Below, in pieces: positions 12,422 through 24,169 of a stretch of 64,000 nucleotides of DNA. The stretch lies in contig RSEE01000012.1 of assembly GCA_003971905.1 (NCBI GenBank), forward strand, positions 620,001-684,000. The letters run 5' to 3'. The translations under genes and the position numbers were made by a program. Below the pieces are notes generated by a model. It was not told the DNA's origin and ran no database searches. It saw nothing but the letters and a program-made list of their open reading frames with translations. The DNA comes from Moniliella sp. 'wahieum'. Taxonomy: Eukaryota. How positions within the stretch are numbered: position 1 is the stretch's first letter; each line of letters begins with the position of its first letter.

Positions 12422-13748
12422 TCAAAGCAAGCTGAGTTCAAGGGTCCAGATCCTACGTGCCCATACGCGCACTTTTCGCCCCTTGCCCGCTCGCCAAAGC
12501 GCGATTTCGTCCTTGGTTATGCCTGCGGTGGGGAAGCCTCCGACCCTGGGACCGAAATCGAACCCGTCCGAGCTCCTGGGCCCGTTTCAGCACGGTCATC
12601 CTCCTTCAAAGCAGCAATAAGCGCAGCATCTTCCTCGGTCCCCTCAGCGGGGGGAATGTCGGCCGTCTCACCTTCAGATAAAGGCACAATGACGTCCACG
12701 CCGTCCCACCAGCATTTGCGCGCAGGCTTCCGCCAGAAAGAGAGTAGTTTCTGAGCTGTAGCCAACTGAGATTCTTCGATTCTACTCCCATCGGGGCCGT
12801 GGACGTATGTGCCTTCGTCAGTCCCTTGCCGCGCGTCGATCGCAGCAATGGCTTCGCTTTCCCCGGCATGAATTGTGCCAGTTTTCAGCAGGACAGAGCA
12901 GAGCAAGAGAGACCATATTGCACCGAGTTGGTTCGAGGCCACGGAAGCCCCAGTCATCCGAACGATCAAATCCACTGAAGCGAGTTAGCGTTGTTCTCCC
13001 AAACAGGACACAAGGCGGCGTACCTCATGCAAAGCATGTCGATCAGATGCTGTTCAGCCACATTATTTTCCTTGTTGACATTGCGCTGAAGAGCAGTGAA
13101 AATATGGCGACGCTTCAAAAGCGCCTGTCCTGCCTTCTCCTTAAGTTCAAGCAGTTTGGGTGTTGGGGATCCAGTGACGAAATTGGTCGTCTCGAGAGTG
13201 GGATCAGGTTCGTAGGCAGCAGTCAAAGCTGCAAGCTCTTCCTGTGCCGTAGGGAGACTGAAGTCAATGGGATGAGGTGGGGGAAGTGCGGGATCCTTCT
13301 CCTGCCTGTTACAAGGGATGGGGTAGTACGTCAGTTCTTCGCGGAGAACAATGACAGCTTGTTTGGACAGGAGAGGACTTTGCCCCGGGGCAATGTAGAA
13401 AGGGTTTGGGATAAAGTGAGGAGAAGCCTGTCTCCGGAATCGACCAGGATGCTGCTCGGTGCCGTAAAAGTCGTCCCGGGCGGAGCGGAAGAAGGCGAGA
13501 AGGTAGGAGAGACACGCGGGGTCAAAGTCAGAGTAATACACATCTGTGTACCCCTCGTCTTGATCGTCCTCATACTCAGGGGCGAGGGGCTCAATGCCCT
13601 GCGGAAAGAGACACAGCAGGATATTCTCAGGTAGCTCAATGAGAGTATAGCGGTCGAGGGTGAAGAGGGTGCCGCGCAGGTCGAGGGTCAAGGGACGGTG
13701 CATGGTCTGCGCCTGCTCCCACAGTCCTACCGATATGGATGCCTCCAT
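12422..13748 (-). CDS. WHI2: Whi2-like BTB/POZ protein (phosphatase activator)
   Basis: Motifs LDLRGTLFTLDRYTLIELPENILLCLFPQG, IVLREELTYY, AEQHLIDMLCM, KLLSFWRKPARKCWWDG and C-terminal KVRVWARRIWTLELSLL* (stop 12422). Intron ~12976-13023. Confidence 0.8.
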
Positions 13749-14861
13749 GGTCGTGGAGTGAGTGATGGGGTGGGCGCTGAGCTGTGGTGAACGCTGGCTG
13801 GACTGAGCTGTACCTGGACGGTAGCGAGGAGAGAGGTGGGGTGGAGGTGGAAGGCGAGAAAGACAGGTGGCGACATGCTCACGGGGAGGAGAACCGATGA
13901 GCGCTGAGTGTGAGCGCGTGAGCCCCACCTTGGGCAAGCGCGAGATCCCAGGGCGCTCGTCGCCCCCGGCCACGGCGCAAGCGTCATGCATTGCAGATCA
14001 CTGATCCGCGGTTGTCTCGGGCACTGGGCACCTGGGGTCGCACTTGCGGAGGAGGACACTTCCCCTGTGCTACTGGGGGCACGGCGGCAGCCCGCTCGCC
14101 TCCTCCCCGCGCGTTCGCCCAGGGCAGCGGCGTGCCGCAGTGCAGATCGCACGCAGCTCGGCTGCTGTCGTTTCGCAGCCGACTGTAGCCGTTAGACGAA
14201 AGGGTCCACATGTACAGGCCGTAACGCGTAACGCGTAACCGGTGCTCAGCCGCTCACCAGAATAATTAAGCCTGGCCACCTTCGGCCAACAACCCTTAAC
14301 AGCAACGGGTTGCGGGCCCTTCACCTGGGCCACATCTCCTGCGTCTCAGATTTTACTCTCCTGGCTTTACTTTTCTCACTAGGTACTGTGTAGATATGTG
14401 TTGTGCCTGACGGTGCGCGGCAGGCATGGGCGACAGTGTCAGCGTCTCCGAGCACGTAACCAACAGTGGTAAATTATGTCGCTAAGATTTAACAGGCTGG
14501 GATGCCTGCTTGGACCGGTAAGTTTGAGGAAGTCGGAGACGCCGTAGCAGATGACCTGTGGTGAAGTTGAGATGTTTACACAAACAATAAATGAGCTGGA
14601 CCCTGCTGGACCTCCATGCTCAAAGTTGAAGTTGAAGCTTGAAGCTTGAAGGTTGACCACAGGCCTTTAGCCCAAACACGCATTATCATGACCCTGCTTC
14701 ATGTGATTTGTCCCATTACTTTTAGCATGGACAGGGCGGTGTCGTATTCCTATCCACTCCTAAGGTGTGCAGCTGGCCGGAACATACCTGGAAAAAACGA
14801 GTCCCTTTTGAGATGAGTGCCAGATTGGCAAACCAATTCTTTCGAGACCAGAAATCATTAA

Positions 14862-16248
14862 TCACTCCTCCTGCTCCGTAACATGAACCTGCTCTTCGCT
14901 CACACCCGACGCAATGGCAAGTGCTGCCGGAGCCTGTATGTCGGTTCGGGGCAAAGGGTGACCGAAATCGTCAATGCCCAAGCTGGCTTGGCGGAATTTC
15001 CAAACAATGCACATAACCAATAGGGTACCTTGGAGGGTGCCCGTAAAACAATACGCCAGAACGCTGGTCCAGTTCACCCCAGGACGAAGCAGAAGACTGT
15101 AGATGAAAACAGCCGTGCCGGGGGTCTGGACGAGCATTGTTGGAATCGACAAAGAGCCGACAAGACGGCGGGTCGCCGTATAGTGCAGCTGCGGAAGATA
15201 TTGAGCTGTCGCCAAAACGGTAGCTGTGACCCCAAGGAAGGCCGCCCATCCACTGAGGAGTTTGGCGGGGCTGATCTGAGACCCTGATGGCGGGGATGGC
15301 TCTGGACCAAACGTGTTCCCAGGCAGGGAGAACACGATGATCATGGTTACAGATCCCACAAAAAGCAAGTGAATCAGACAAATCCATGCAAGGGCAGTCG
15401 CCAGCCCCATTCATACGTTTTAGTCTGCCATTTGCTCCGGATCTCCTCCGCCAGAGACCAAACATGCTCGACATGCCTGCCCGTGATGGCTCCGCAATGG
15501 TAACCCGCTTTTGCACAGGAGTGCGGATACCAGAAGCACCAATCGGGTTGAGGGCGCCATCGGCACCTTGGCGCGCGGGGGTAGAGCTGGGCATCGAGAG
15601 GGGAGAGGGGGGACCACCCTGCCGCCCTGAGGCGCCTTCCACATCGGCCAAAAGGAAGGGACGAGGCGGGCAAAGGCGCTGCTGCTTACCTCCTCTTCCT
15701 CGGCGCGTAGTTCGGCATCAGTGAAACGGGCAATGGTCGATTGGGTTGGGGTCTGATCGACCGCCGAGTCAATCGCACTCGCTCCCTCTTCCTCGGAAAA
15801 AGCCCGAGTCCCCCCCCTCATCATCAGAGAGGGCCACAGCGTTTTCGTACCTCTCCTCAAGAGGATAGTAGTACAGATACAGTCCAAAACTGATGTGTGG
15901 GTAAGTCAAGGAACAGAAAAGGGGGGGGGCACGGGAGGGGGCGTACATAATCAAGCCGAAGACCCATTGGAGGCCAACTTGCACGGCGCCCAAAAGACCT
16001 TCAAGGCACAATCCTGTTCCCAGTTGGGAGCAACACCGAACACTCCCCACTGCAGAGACAGGACATTGAAGAAACCCGAGGTGTGAGCTGTGACGCCGAG
16101 GAAAAGGTACCAAGGCGAAAATCCAAGTGAATTCTCCCAGACAAAACGGATGATTGGGGAGCATACGAGAAGGCGAGCCGGCTAGGAGGAATGTACCAGG
16201 AATGAAACCGAACCAATCGTGCTCCACATGGCACTGGTCCGACGACAT
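14862..16248 (-). CDS. PQ-loop repeat membrane protein, frameshifted
   Basis: N-terminal SYAPQ segment and a second loop ATAQYLPQLHYT..VGSLSIPTMLVQTPG; multiple transmembrane segments; intron ~15891-15948. Confidence 0.85.
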
Positions 16249-16648
16249 GCTAACTCGGGCGCGGAGGTAGTGGTTGTTGCCTGCAAGTCTGAAGTCTGCT
16301 TGTGGTGGATCTACGCGATAGTGTGTCTATAGCTGGGTGGGTTCAGGTGGCTTATGTCAGCATCCTATCTGTTTGCATGAACTGTCTAAGAGCTCGTCAG
16401 GATAAATAAATCTGGTATTGTAGAGAGAGCGAACACATCGACGGGACGATCATAGCAAAGCTTATATTAGGACCTTTTGATCACCATGTTTACCTCGTTC
16501 ACCACCAAGAGGCAGAAAACCCCGTATGATGCCAGGGCTAATGGGGGGGGGGATATGCTTTTCATTAGTTGTGTGGAACATCCTACGCCTGCAAGCAAAT
16601 TGAAGGGGGGCCAAGGAATGTTTACCTTCAACATTTTGGGGGGTGGCA

Positions 16649-18184
16649 TCATTCTTCGCTGGAATAGCATGAAGTCTTGGGGCCACGTTGAGAGCACCCC
16701 ACGAGGCACAGGCGCGCACGCCACGGTGATCCAATCAAGGTGGTTGGTAGGAGGACCATTTGGCGGATTTTCCAAACGCGGACAGCCTCTTTTGCCAAGT
16801 CATCGGCCTCCTTCAAGGGACGAGGGATGATTCCGGTGGAGATGTCGTCTGGGAGGGGTGATCCCTGAAAACCTTTAAGCCCACCAGCATGAATCCAGCG
16901 ACCCACATGTTCTTGCGAAAGGGACTCATCCACCACTCCAATCGCCTGTAGAAGCGACGAATCCATGCGAAGAATGAAGTCCCAAGCAACTTCCCTCGCC
17001 GCCTGTTCCTCTGCCGGAGACAAATCAGAGGGAGGACCTCCCATTGATGTAGGATAGAGAGAAACAGTGCTAGCACCCTTGGCCCAAGTGAGCGCATATG
17101 AACGTAACTTGTTCACTGCAATGACCTGGGAGTCGTACTCAGTGATGGAGACATGGTTGTACGGTTGCAACGCAGTCTTGGACCCGCCATCGTCGATAAT
17201 TAGCGTGTTGCTCGCGCCCCAAGGCCCTTGTGCTTCGGCCTCCCGCGCGGCAACGGCACTCGGACTGGCCTCTCCATACAAATCTTCAGGAAGACTAAGA
17301 TCCTCTTGAGACCGTATCTCTGCCATTAAGCGCCTCGGTGAAACGTTGAGTGTATGCCAAATCACCTCTAGGTCCTTCACGACTTCCACATCAGTCCTGC
17401 GGTGTTCGGCTGGCACAAGTGTCTCTCTTCCCCAGACATTTGTGAGGCGTCCACGGAGTGCACTGGTATGTGGAAGGAAGGTGTCCACCAACCTGATTAA
17501 GTTGTGCATCGCCGAGCTCGCCCACACCGCCACCTCAGCCTGGCGGATATCGTTGTCAATTGTTCCGAGGCTGTAATGGAAGAAGGTGTTGCAGTAGGGA
17601 CGTATGCTGGGGGGAGGTAAGTCCTTAGGGGTCTTGAAAAATTCCTTAGGGTTCTTGTATCGCAACGTGGAATTTTCGGCAGTCCTGGGCTTCTCGGGAG
17701 CCTTGCTCCGCCTGAGAAGGGTACCGTTCATGTCCACGACCACCAGTCTAGGCGGCTTGGTTTCTGAGTTATACGGTGTAGGGGGGAGTTCACATTCCTG
17801 TACATAAGATGGACGCGGAAGGGAACGCAGGCCAATGTTCATAGGAGTACGGATACGCGCGGGCTGCAAGACAACGGGCTCGTTGCGGAGGAGCGTTTGG
17901 CGCGAAGAGAGGCGCTCGGCCACGCCAAAGTGAGCGGATTTGACTGCCCCCATTCCAGGGCGCCATAACGTTGGGGAAGCGATTTTCCCTTTCCTGGGTC
18001 TTGGTTGGGCAGCCTCCCACGTCCCGCTCTTGGCCAGTTCCTGAGGATCGGCCAGTTTCCGTGTCTTGCGCTTGCCCTTGTTGGAAGAAGGACCTGGACC
18101 ACCTTGGGTGTGTATTGCAAGCATGCGCACCCCTGCTACTTGGGGAAAGATCCTGGGGCGTGTCCGCAGCAGCAGAGGGAGCAT
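16649..18184 (-). CDS. NIF/FCP1-like HAD-fold protein with probable mitochondrial presequence
   Basis: Motifs LVVVDMNGTLL, RPYCNTFF, VAVWASSAMHN, KDLEVIW, NTLIIDD, QPYNH. Arg-rich, acid-free N-terminus MLPLLLRTRPRIFPQ. 3' end uncertain. Confidence 0.8.
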   Translation of the reverse strand: MLPLLLRTRPRIFPQVAGVRMLAIHTQGGPGPSSNKGKRKTRKLADPQELAKSGTWEAAQPRPRKGKIASPTLWRPGMGAVKSAHFGVAERLSSRQTLLRNEPVVLQPARIRTPMNIGLRSLPRPSYVQECELPPTPYNSETKPPRLVVVDMNGTLLRRSKAPEKPRTAENSTLRYKNPKEFFKTPKDLPPPSIRPYCNTFFHYSLGTIDNDIRQAEVAVWASSAMHNLIRLVDTFLPHTSALRGRLTNVWGRETLVPAEHRRTDVEVVKDLEVIWHTLNVSPRRLMAEIRSQEDLSLPEDLYGEASPSAVAAREAEAQGPWGASNTLIIDDGGSKTALQPYNHVSITEYDSQVIAVNKLRSYALTWAKGASTVSLYPTSMGGPPSDLSPAEEQAAREVAWDFILRMDSSLLQAIGVVDESLSQEHVGRWIHAGGLKGFQGSPLPDDISTGIIPRPLKEADDLAKEAVRVWKIRQMVLLPTTLIGSPWRARLCLVGCSQRGPKTSCYSSEE

Positions 18185-19252
18185 GGGTGATGGACGGATG
18201 GACGGATGGATGGACGGTGGGTTGCTTGGTTGGTTGGCGGGTGAGGGCGCTGAGCCTGAGCAGCGGGGGTTACCCACGGCAACGACAAAAGAAGGAAAAA
18301 TGAGTTCTGAAATCCAGGTAATTAAAGATGCTTTCATTTTTCCTGGCGAAGTGGCGCTGTCGCAGCGGAATTGGGAAGACATCATGCATCATGCACCATC
18401 GACACCATCATCCATGCCGCTTAGTGCTGCAGGGCTTAGCTTAGCGCATACGTTTCAATTGCCGTTTCCAATTAGCTGCATGGAAGATCATCGATCATCG
18501 ATCATCGATCACGGTCACAGATCATCCATCGGTGGCTCGATGCAAAGCGAGAGAGCATCATGTGTCCCATCAGGTGCATCAGTGTTGTTGGCTACGCCAC
18601 ACTTCATCAGCTTCATCATATACGCGGGACAGAACCCCCACTGAGAGGGGGGTTAGAAATCGGAGCTTAGCGCCATTATCATAATCGGATGCAGCGGCCA
18701 ATCTGTCCACATGTTGAGTGAAACGACCAGGACTGATGTGTGCCGAACAGAAGCGCTGTGTGGGCGGGGGCGGCAGGCTTTTTGGCGAGAGGGAACACCA
18801 GGATTTGTATGTATGGGCGAACACAATAACCTTTTGGTATAGTTCATGGAGAAATTGTCAGGAGACACGTGAGATGGAAGAAAGGGAGCAGATAGATTGG
18901 ATACTTCAACGATGGCCAAGTCGTACTTAGGCAAAGACGAAGTCGACGGTAACGAAGTGGTTAAGGCACCTCCCACCGAACCAAAGGAACACAGGTCTAT
19001 CATGGCGTTCAAGAACTTATTCACTCTTCATCTCTTGGCGGATCCGTCAGCAAGGGCGGGTTGAAATGCTATCGAGGGTGACTACAGTAGCGGCGGTAGA
19101 TGCAAGGCCAGAGTTACAATTTTTGTCGAGTATTACAAGCAGAAATTGTGGCCAAAGAGGGACAAGAAAAAAGGGGAAAGGACACTCTGCATTGTTGAAC
19201 ACCGGGAGGCAGGGGGGCTACCATGTGCACCGCCCACATATGCCCGATGACT

Positions 19253-20962
19253 CTAGTTGTTCATGTAAGAACTCGAGTCATCGTGTCGGGCAGCTCAGGG
19301 ATGGCAACCTCGAAACGGGACTGAATCATCCAGCACCTTCTGGTCCTCCTCCGACGAGACAAACATGATGGCCAAGCCCTTCGTGCCAAAACGGCCGGCA
19401 CGTCCAACACGGTGAAGGTACGAGTCCGCATCCCCGGGCGTGTCGTAGGAGATGGAGACGTTGACCCGCTCTACGTCGATACCACGACCGAAGATGTCCG
19501 TGGCAACGAGAATGCGCTTCTCAAAGTTCTTGAACTGCTGGTACCGCTTGATCCGCTCCTCCTGCGGCAGCGAACCATGGATAGAGATGGAGGGGAAGTT
19601 GCATTCCTGCAGCAGCTTGTCCAGCTGGTTCGCCCGCGAGACCGACTTGACAAAGATGATGACTTGGTTGAACTCAAGCGTGTCGAGCAGGTCGTTGAGC
19701 TTACGGTTCTTCTGTCCCTCTTCCAGACGGACATAGTGCTGCTGAAGGCCGTGCAGCGTGAGCTTGGTCTCGTCATCAACGTAAATCTCAAGTGGGTTCT
19801 GCATAAACTTCTTGCAGACAGTGCGAATCTCCTTCGCCAGCGTGGCAGAGAACATCATCACTTGCTTGTGGTGGGGCGTGGCACGGAAAATCTCCTGGAC
19901 ATCGCGGCGCATGTCAATCGTATCGAGCATCTTGTCACACTCGTCCAGCACAAGTGCTTACCCCAGTAGGCTTGAGTGACTTGTCTCGCACAAGCGCGTT
20001 CATCCGCCCAGGAGTACCGACGAGAATGTGGGGGCAACGCGCCTTGTCCTTCAGCAGCGCCTGGTCCTCTTTGATGGGGTACCTCCATAGACAACCGAGG
20101 TGCGCACCTCGGGCATGTACTTCGAGAAACGGAGGTACTCATTTTTGATCTGGAACGCCAACTCACGCGTGTGGCACATAACAATGACGCTCACCTCTCC
20201 ATCCACGGGCTCAATTGTTGCAGCGTCGCCAAAACAAACACAGCAGTTTTACCCACCCGACTTGGCCTGGCACAACACGTCCATACCGAGGATTGACTGG
20301 GGAATACACTCTTGTTGCACTGGATAGGGGAAGGAACAGAGGGTCAGGGCACCGTCACAGTGTAGATTCAATAGGACGTACCTTCCGAAGGGTGCTCGAA
20401 TCCAAGATCGCTAATGGCGCGCAGGAGCTCTGGCTTGAGCAAAAAGTCACGGAACCCAGTCGAGTGGATACCAACATAGGAACCCTGACCGAGGTGAAGA
20501 GAGAATGGTAAGTAATGGTCGGCGAAGCTGGAAGGGGGTAGACAGATTCGCTAGTCGGTGCGGTGCGTTCCTAGGCTTGCCTGGCAAAGGTACAACGGCG
20601 GTTGCAGAGAACCGTGGAGGGACGGGGCCCGACGCGTCAAGGCATCCAACGGCCTGGCCTGGGGGCCGAATGAGCAAAAGGACGCGTCGCACTGGTGCAA
20701 CGGCAGCGCCGAAAACGCGGAATAGTGCACCGATCCCGAGAATACGAAGAAGAGGGTGGGGAAAGGGACTAGGACTAAGATGGTATGCTGACCTTTTTGG
20801 CGCCGTCGGCTTCGGCCGGGGCAGCGTCGGTGGTGGCCTCGCCGTTGGTGGCGGCGGGGGCGGGAGCGACGATCTCCTCTTCGTAGTCGATAAGACTGGG
20901 TAGGCCGGGGATCAGTACGACGTGACGTGAAGACAGACAGCACACTACTCTTCGTTGTCCAT
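19253..20962 (-). CDS. SUB2: DECD-box RNA helicase Sub2/UAP56
   Basis: [86 protein letters not shown]. Introns ~20896-20948, 20485-20792 and ~20324-20381; several single-base frameshifts. Confidence 0.96.
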
Positions 20963-21892
20963 GGCGAGGAGTGGAGTGGGGGGCGCACTGGGTGGTGGTG
21001 GCCAGAAGAAGCTGGCTTCCTCGCCTCGCGTCTGGTGCAGGCAGGGCCGGTGCTTTGGCAGTAAACACGGCAGCAACACCCGGCTGATGTAAGCGCTATG
21101 GCACCCCACCAGTCTTGCTCAGGCCTAGCACCAGACCCAGACTCGCACTGCGCCAGTGCCTCGGGCGTCGTGTGCCGCGGAATCAGGTGGGCGGAACAGA
21201 TGAACGTGGTGCTGATGGGTGGTTGGGTACGTTGCCCTATCTTGTCCCGGCCGCACTGCCATGCCCCCCTTGACAAGAGGTAAAGATGCGCGATGCGGAT
21301 CGACCGCCATCTCATCTTCGTTCCTTGTCCAGAGCGCTCTGGGTTGATCGGCACATTCGTTATGCTCACGCACCATGGTGGGAATGTGGGAAACTTGATA
21401 ATTGCCGTTTCAGTCTCGCACTTCTTGCTTGGGGGTGGGGGTTGCGGTGCCACAGGAATGCCCCTTGACTAGCGACTTGCCTCGTTTTTTGTTGCTGTGC
21501 ACTATCTCATTCCATACAAATGTCATTTTCCAAACACTCTTCCTACTGGGAAGCCTCGGGCCCCTGCACGCGTTAATCTTCATATCATTATAGGAGGGTG
21601 GGTTCTGGTCCTGTGGCATTTGCCCTTGCCTGAACTGCAGAGGGTATCTGCAGCGCTACAGGCACGTCCAGCAGACCGGCACCACAATGGCTTTTGATGA
21701 CTTTGCCCCTTCCTCTTATAGACCCCTAGATGAGTCTCACCAAATCTTGGTTCAAGACAACAAGGTAGGTCAGTTATGATCCATCGCCATAGGTCTCGGT
21801 CCTCGTCCTTCTTTCCAAGTGACGGACGACGAGCACCCATCATTCGCATTGGTCTTGTTCGTGAAGGGGGCACAAGTAAAATGCTTTCATTA

Positions 21893-23398
21893 CTAGGAGC
21901 GCATCAGGGCAACCCACTCGGGAATGCAGCTGAATCCCGCGTTGTGTGAAGACATCTTGGCCGCACAACGGCATTTGCCATTGCCATGAAATCTCTCTTC
22001 TTGGGGGCAGTTGATTAGACTGGAGCCCTGCACGAGCCCAATATCAGAGAACCAATGAATCTCCCTCCGATCCAACATAGCCGCGATACCCAGGGACTTA
22101 ACTACCTCATCGCTCCAACGCGGCCGTAGATCCCCCCTCGTCGATCGAGTGATGCAAAGTACTCGCCAAACCCCTTTGACCGCATAAAGTTGGCATCAAT
22201 GATCTCCGAGTGGGATGAAAAGAAACAATTGTTCCATTCTCCAGGGAGAAGAAGTTCAGTGCGCTCCGAGGGGGCAGGAGACCCCTTTCAATGGTCTCTC
22301 TCCGCGCAGGTCGAGACATGGTTAGGAAAGGAGCTGCGCTCATCTCAGACAAGAGCTCTGGTTGCCCATTGAAAAACTCTTGCACGGCCGGCCAGAGTCC
22401 TTGGATGGTACGATGATCCTCATGTACACTGAACACGAATGAGTATTTCTACACGCCAAAGAATTTTGAGTCAATACATCCATCATGTGCGGTTGAGGGC
22501 ACCAAAACGTACCTTGCCATTGAGAGCCATCATGGCCATGGGGTCATAATCCAGGTCACAAAGAAATTCGAGACCGGGAGTAATCTCCAGACGTAGTCCA
22601 AATCACTCAGAAGGGGGTGTTGTACACCCCATGTGCCATGTACCGGCTGATCGAGCGAAAGAAAAGAGAGAGGTTCCAATGAGACCGTCTGCGGAGGGTT
22701 CAGTCAGAACAAGAAAGGAGAGGGAAAGGAAACGACTTACAGATAAACTGGTCGTATGTTTGTTTCATCTGCTCTTCGTGATTGGCAGGAGTTACCCATT
22801 CACTTTCTGGGATCTTAGCAAATCGTACCTGCTGCGATCGAGTACTCCTCTGACAGTACGCTTGAATTCCTTGGTAAACTCAACGTGATGGACCAAGATA
22901 ATGGGGTAGGCCACCATCGGTTGAACCTGCCCTCGATGCTGCGCAACGTCTTGACCACGTCCTTGTTACCGCCTCCAGAGAGAGGCGACATTGGGTGGCA
23001 TAGGGAGATCCACCAGAAGCATGATCCCACCCTTAACTCGTGGCGCCAAGTTCAAAGCGGGCACATAAAGGGGTGGGTAGATGTTGCCATCGTCGCCCAA
23101 GTGGCCCCACGCCAGGAGATCTGCCTCTTGCTGGGGCTGGACCAGGACGAAGATCAAACAGGGCATCTGCAGGAGAAGGATCGCCGTTTCTGTTGGACGC
23201 ATATGGGCGCCCAATCAGAGGGATAGCCCTGGAAATGGGGACAGCAGATGAGAAGACGGCGCGCAGCACGAGTGCCAGGCCAATCAGAAAGGTACCGAGG
23301 CCCCCGATGAACTGGCAAGGATGCCGTTGAACCCAGCCGTTGAACTGGTGAAGGCGGGAGCGCGAGGGCCGCGACCCGATGATGCCGTACGTGGCCAT
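21893..23398 (-). CDS. Glycosyltransferase family 15 (Kre2/Ktr-like alpha-1,2-mannosyltransferase), divergent
   Basis: N-terminal TM segment, then KTLRSIEGRFNRWW, EFTKEFK, LLSDLDYVWR..LEFLCDLDYDP, FSVHEDHRTIQGLWPAVQEF, SEIIDANFMR..YFASLDRRGG, IHWFSDIG..NCP..KCRC, in the GT15 order as I recall it. Two introns and several frameshifts. Confidence 0.8.
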
Positions 23399-24169
23399 GA
23401 GTGGTAGGCCGAGGGGTTGTTTGTCGACGGCGCTGTGCCCCGCCGCTAAACACCGCTAGGGGGCACACGTGGGATCGGGGAGGGGCAGAACTAACCCAAC
23501 TGAGCGCAACGCAGGCCAGCAGCGTGAGGGCGGAATTGAGTCATTTATGAGTCAGTTAAAATTATATACTGTTTGTTTCAATGCCCTCTCTCACAAGATG
23601 TGGGAAGAACGACGCTGCTTCCTCTCGGGAACTCTTGTTCACCTCCGTGGTCGTGAGCAGGTTCCCTAGCTCTATTAGTCAACCAGGGGTAGCTGATCGC
23701 CGCCAGTGGTATACGGAGTAACAGCTATAGAGGCATTCTATGTATATACTGTACAGACAGGGAAAGCTTTTGGAAGACGATCTATTGATCTCTCTCGGGG
23801 ACAACGACTATGTTGGGGTCGGTAAACCCGTTATATATGTGCCGCTGGTGTTGCTTTAAGTCGAAGACAGCCGGGGGGGGGAAAAACTAGCCCTTAGCGG
23901 CAGAACTGAATTCGCAAAAGTCAATCGATGCGCATATAGGCAATGCATTCTAGTACTACTACTTAGTACATACAACAACACAACATCCAGCTACATATAA
24001 ATGTAGCGGTCAATTTTCCTTTTTGGTCATAAGCAGAGACGAAAATGAACATCGTCTCCCACACTTCCACCACGGTGGGTGTGACTCTGGGGGTGTGGTG
24101 ACGAATTGGATCCTATCCGAAGCCCAAGAGGAGCGTGGGTTCATGCTCGCATGCTTCAGGGAGCTTGGT

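Noticed and set aside
18653..19024. 123-aa minus-strand ORF between the NIF gene and SUB2; similarly 57734..58081
   Set aside because: No recognisable motif or convincing gene structure; cannot be supported without homology or expression data.
23700..24030. AT-rich stretch with a small hairpin (23990-24007) and G/A runs as an LTR or polypurine tract of the gag-like element
   Set aside because: No matching second copy upstream of the ORF and no TG..CA boundaries or primer-binding site found.
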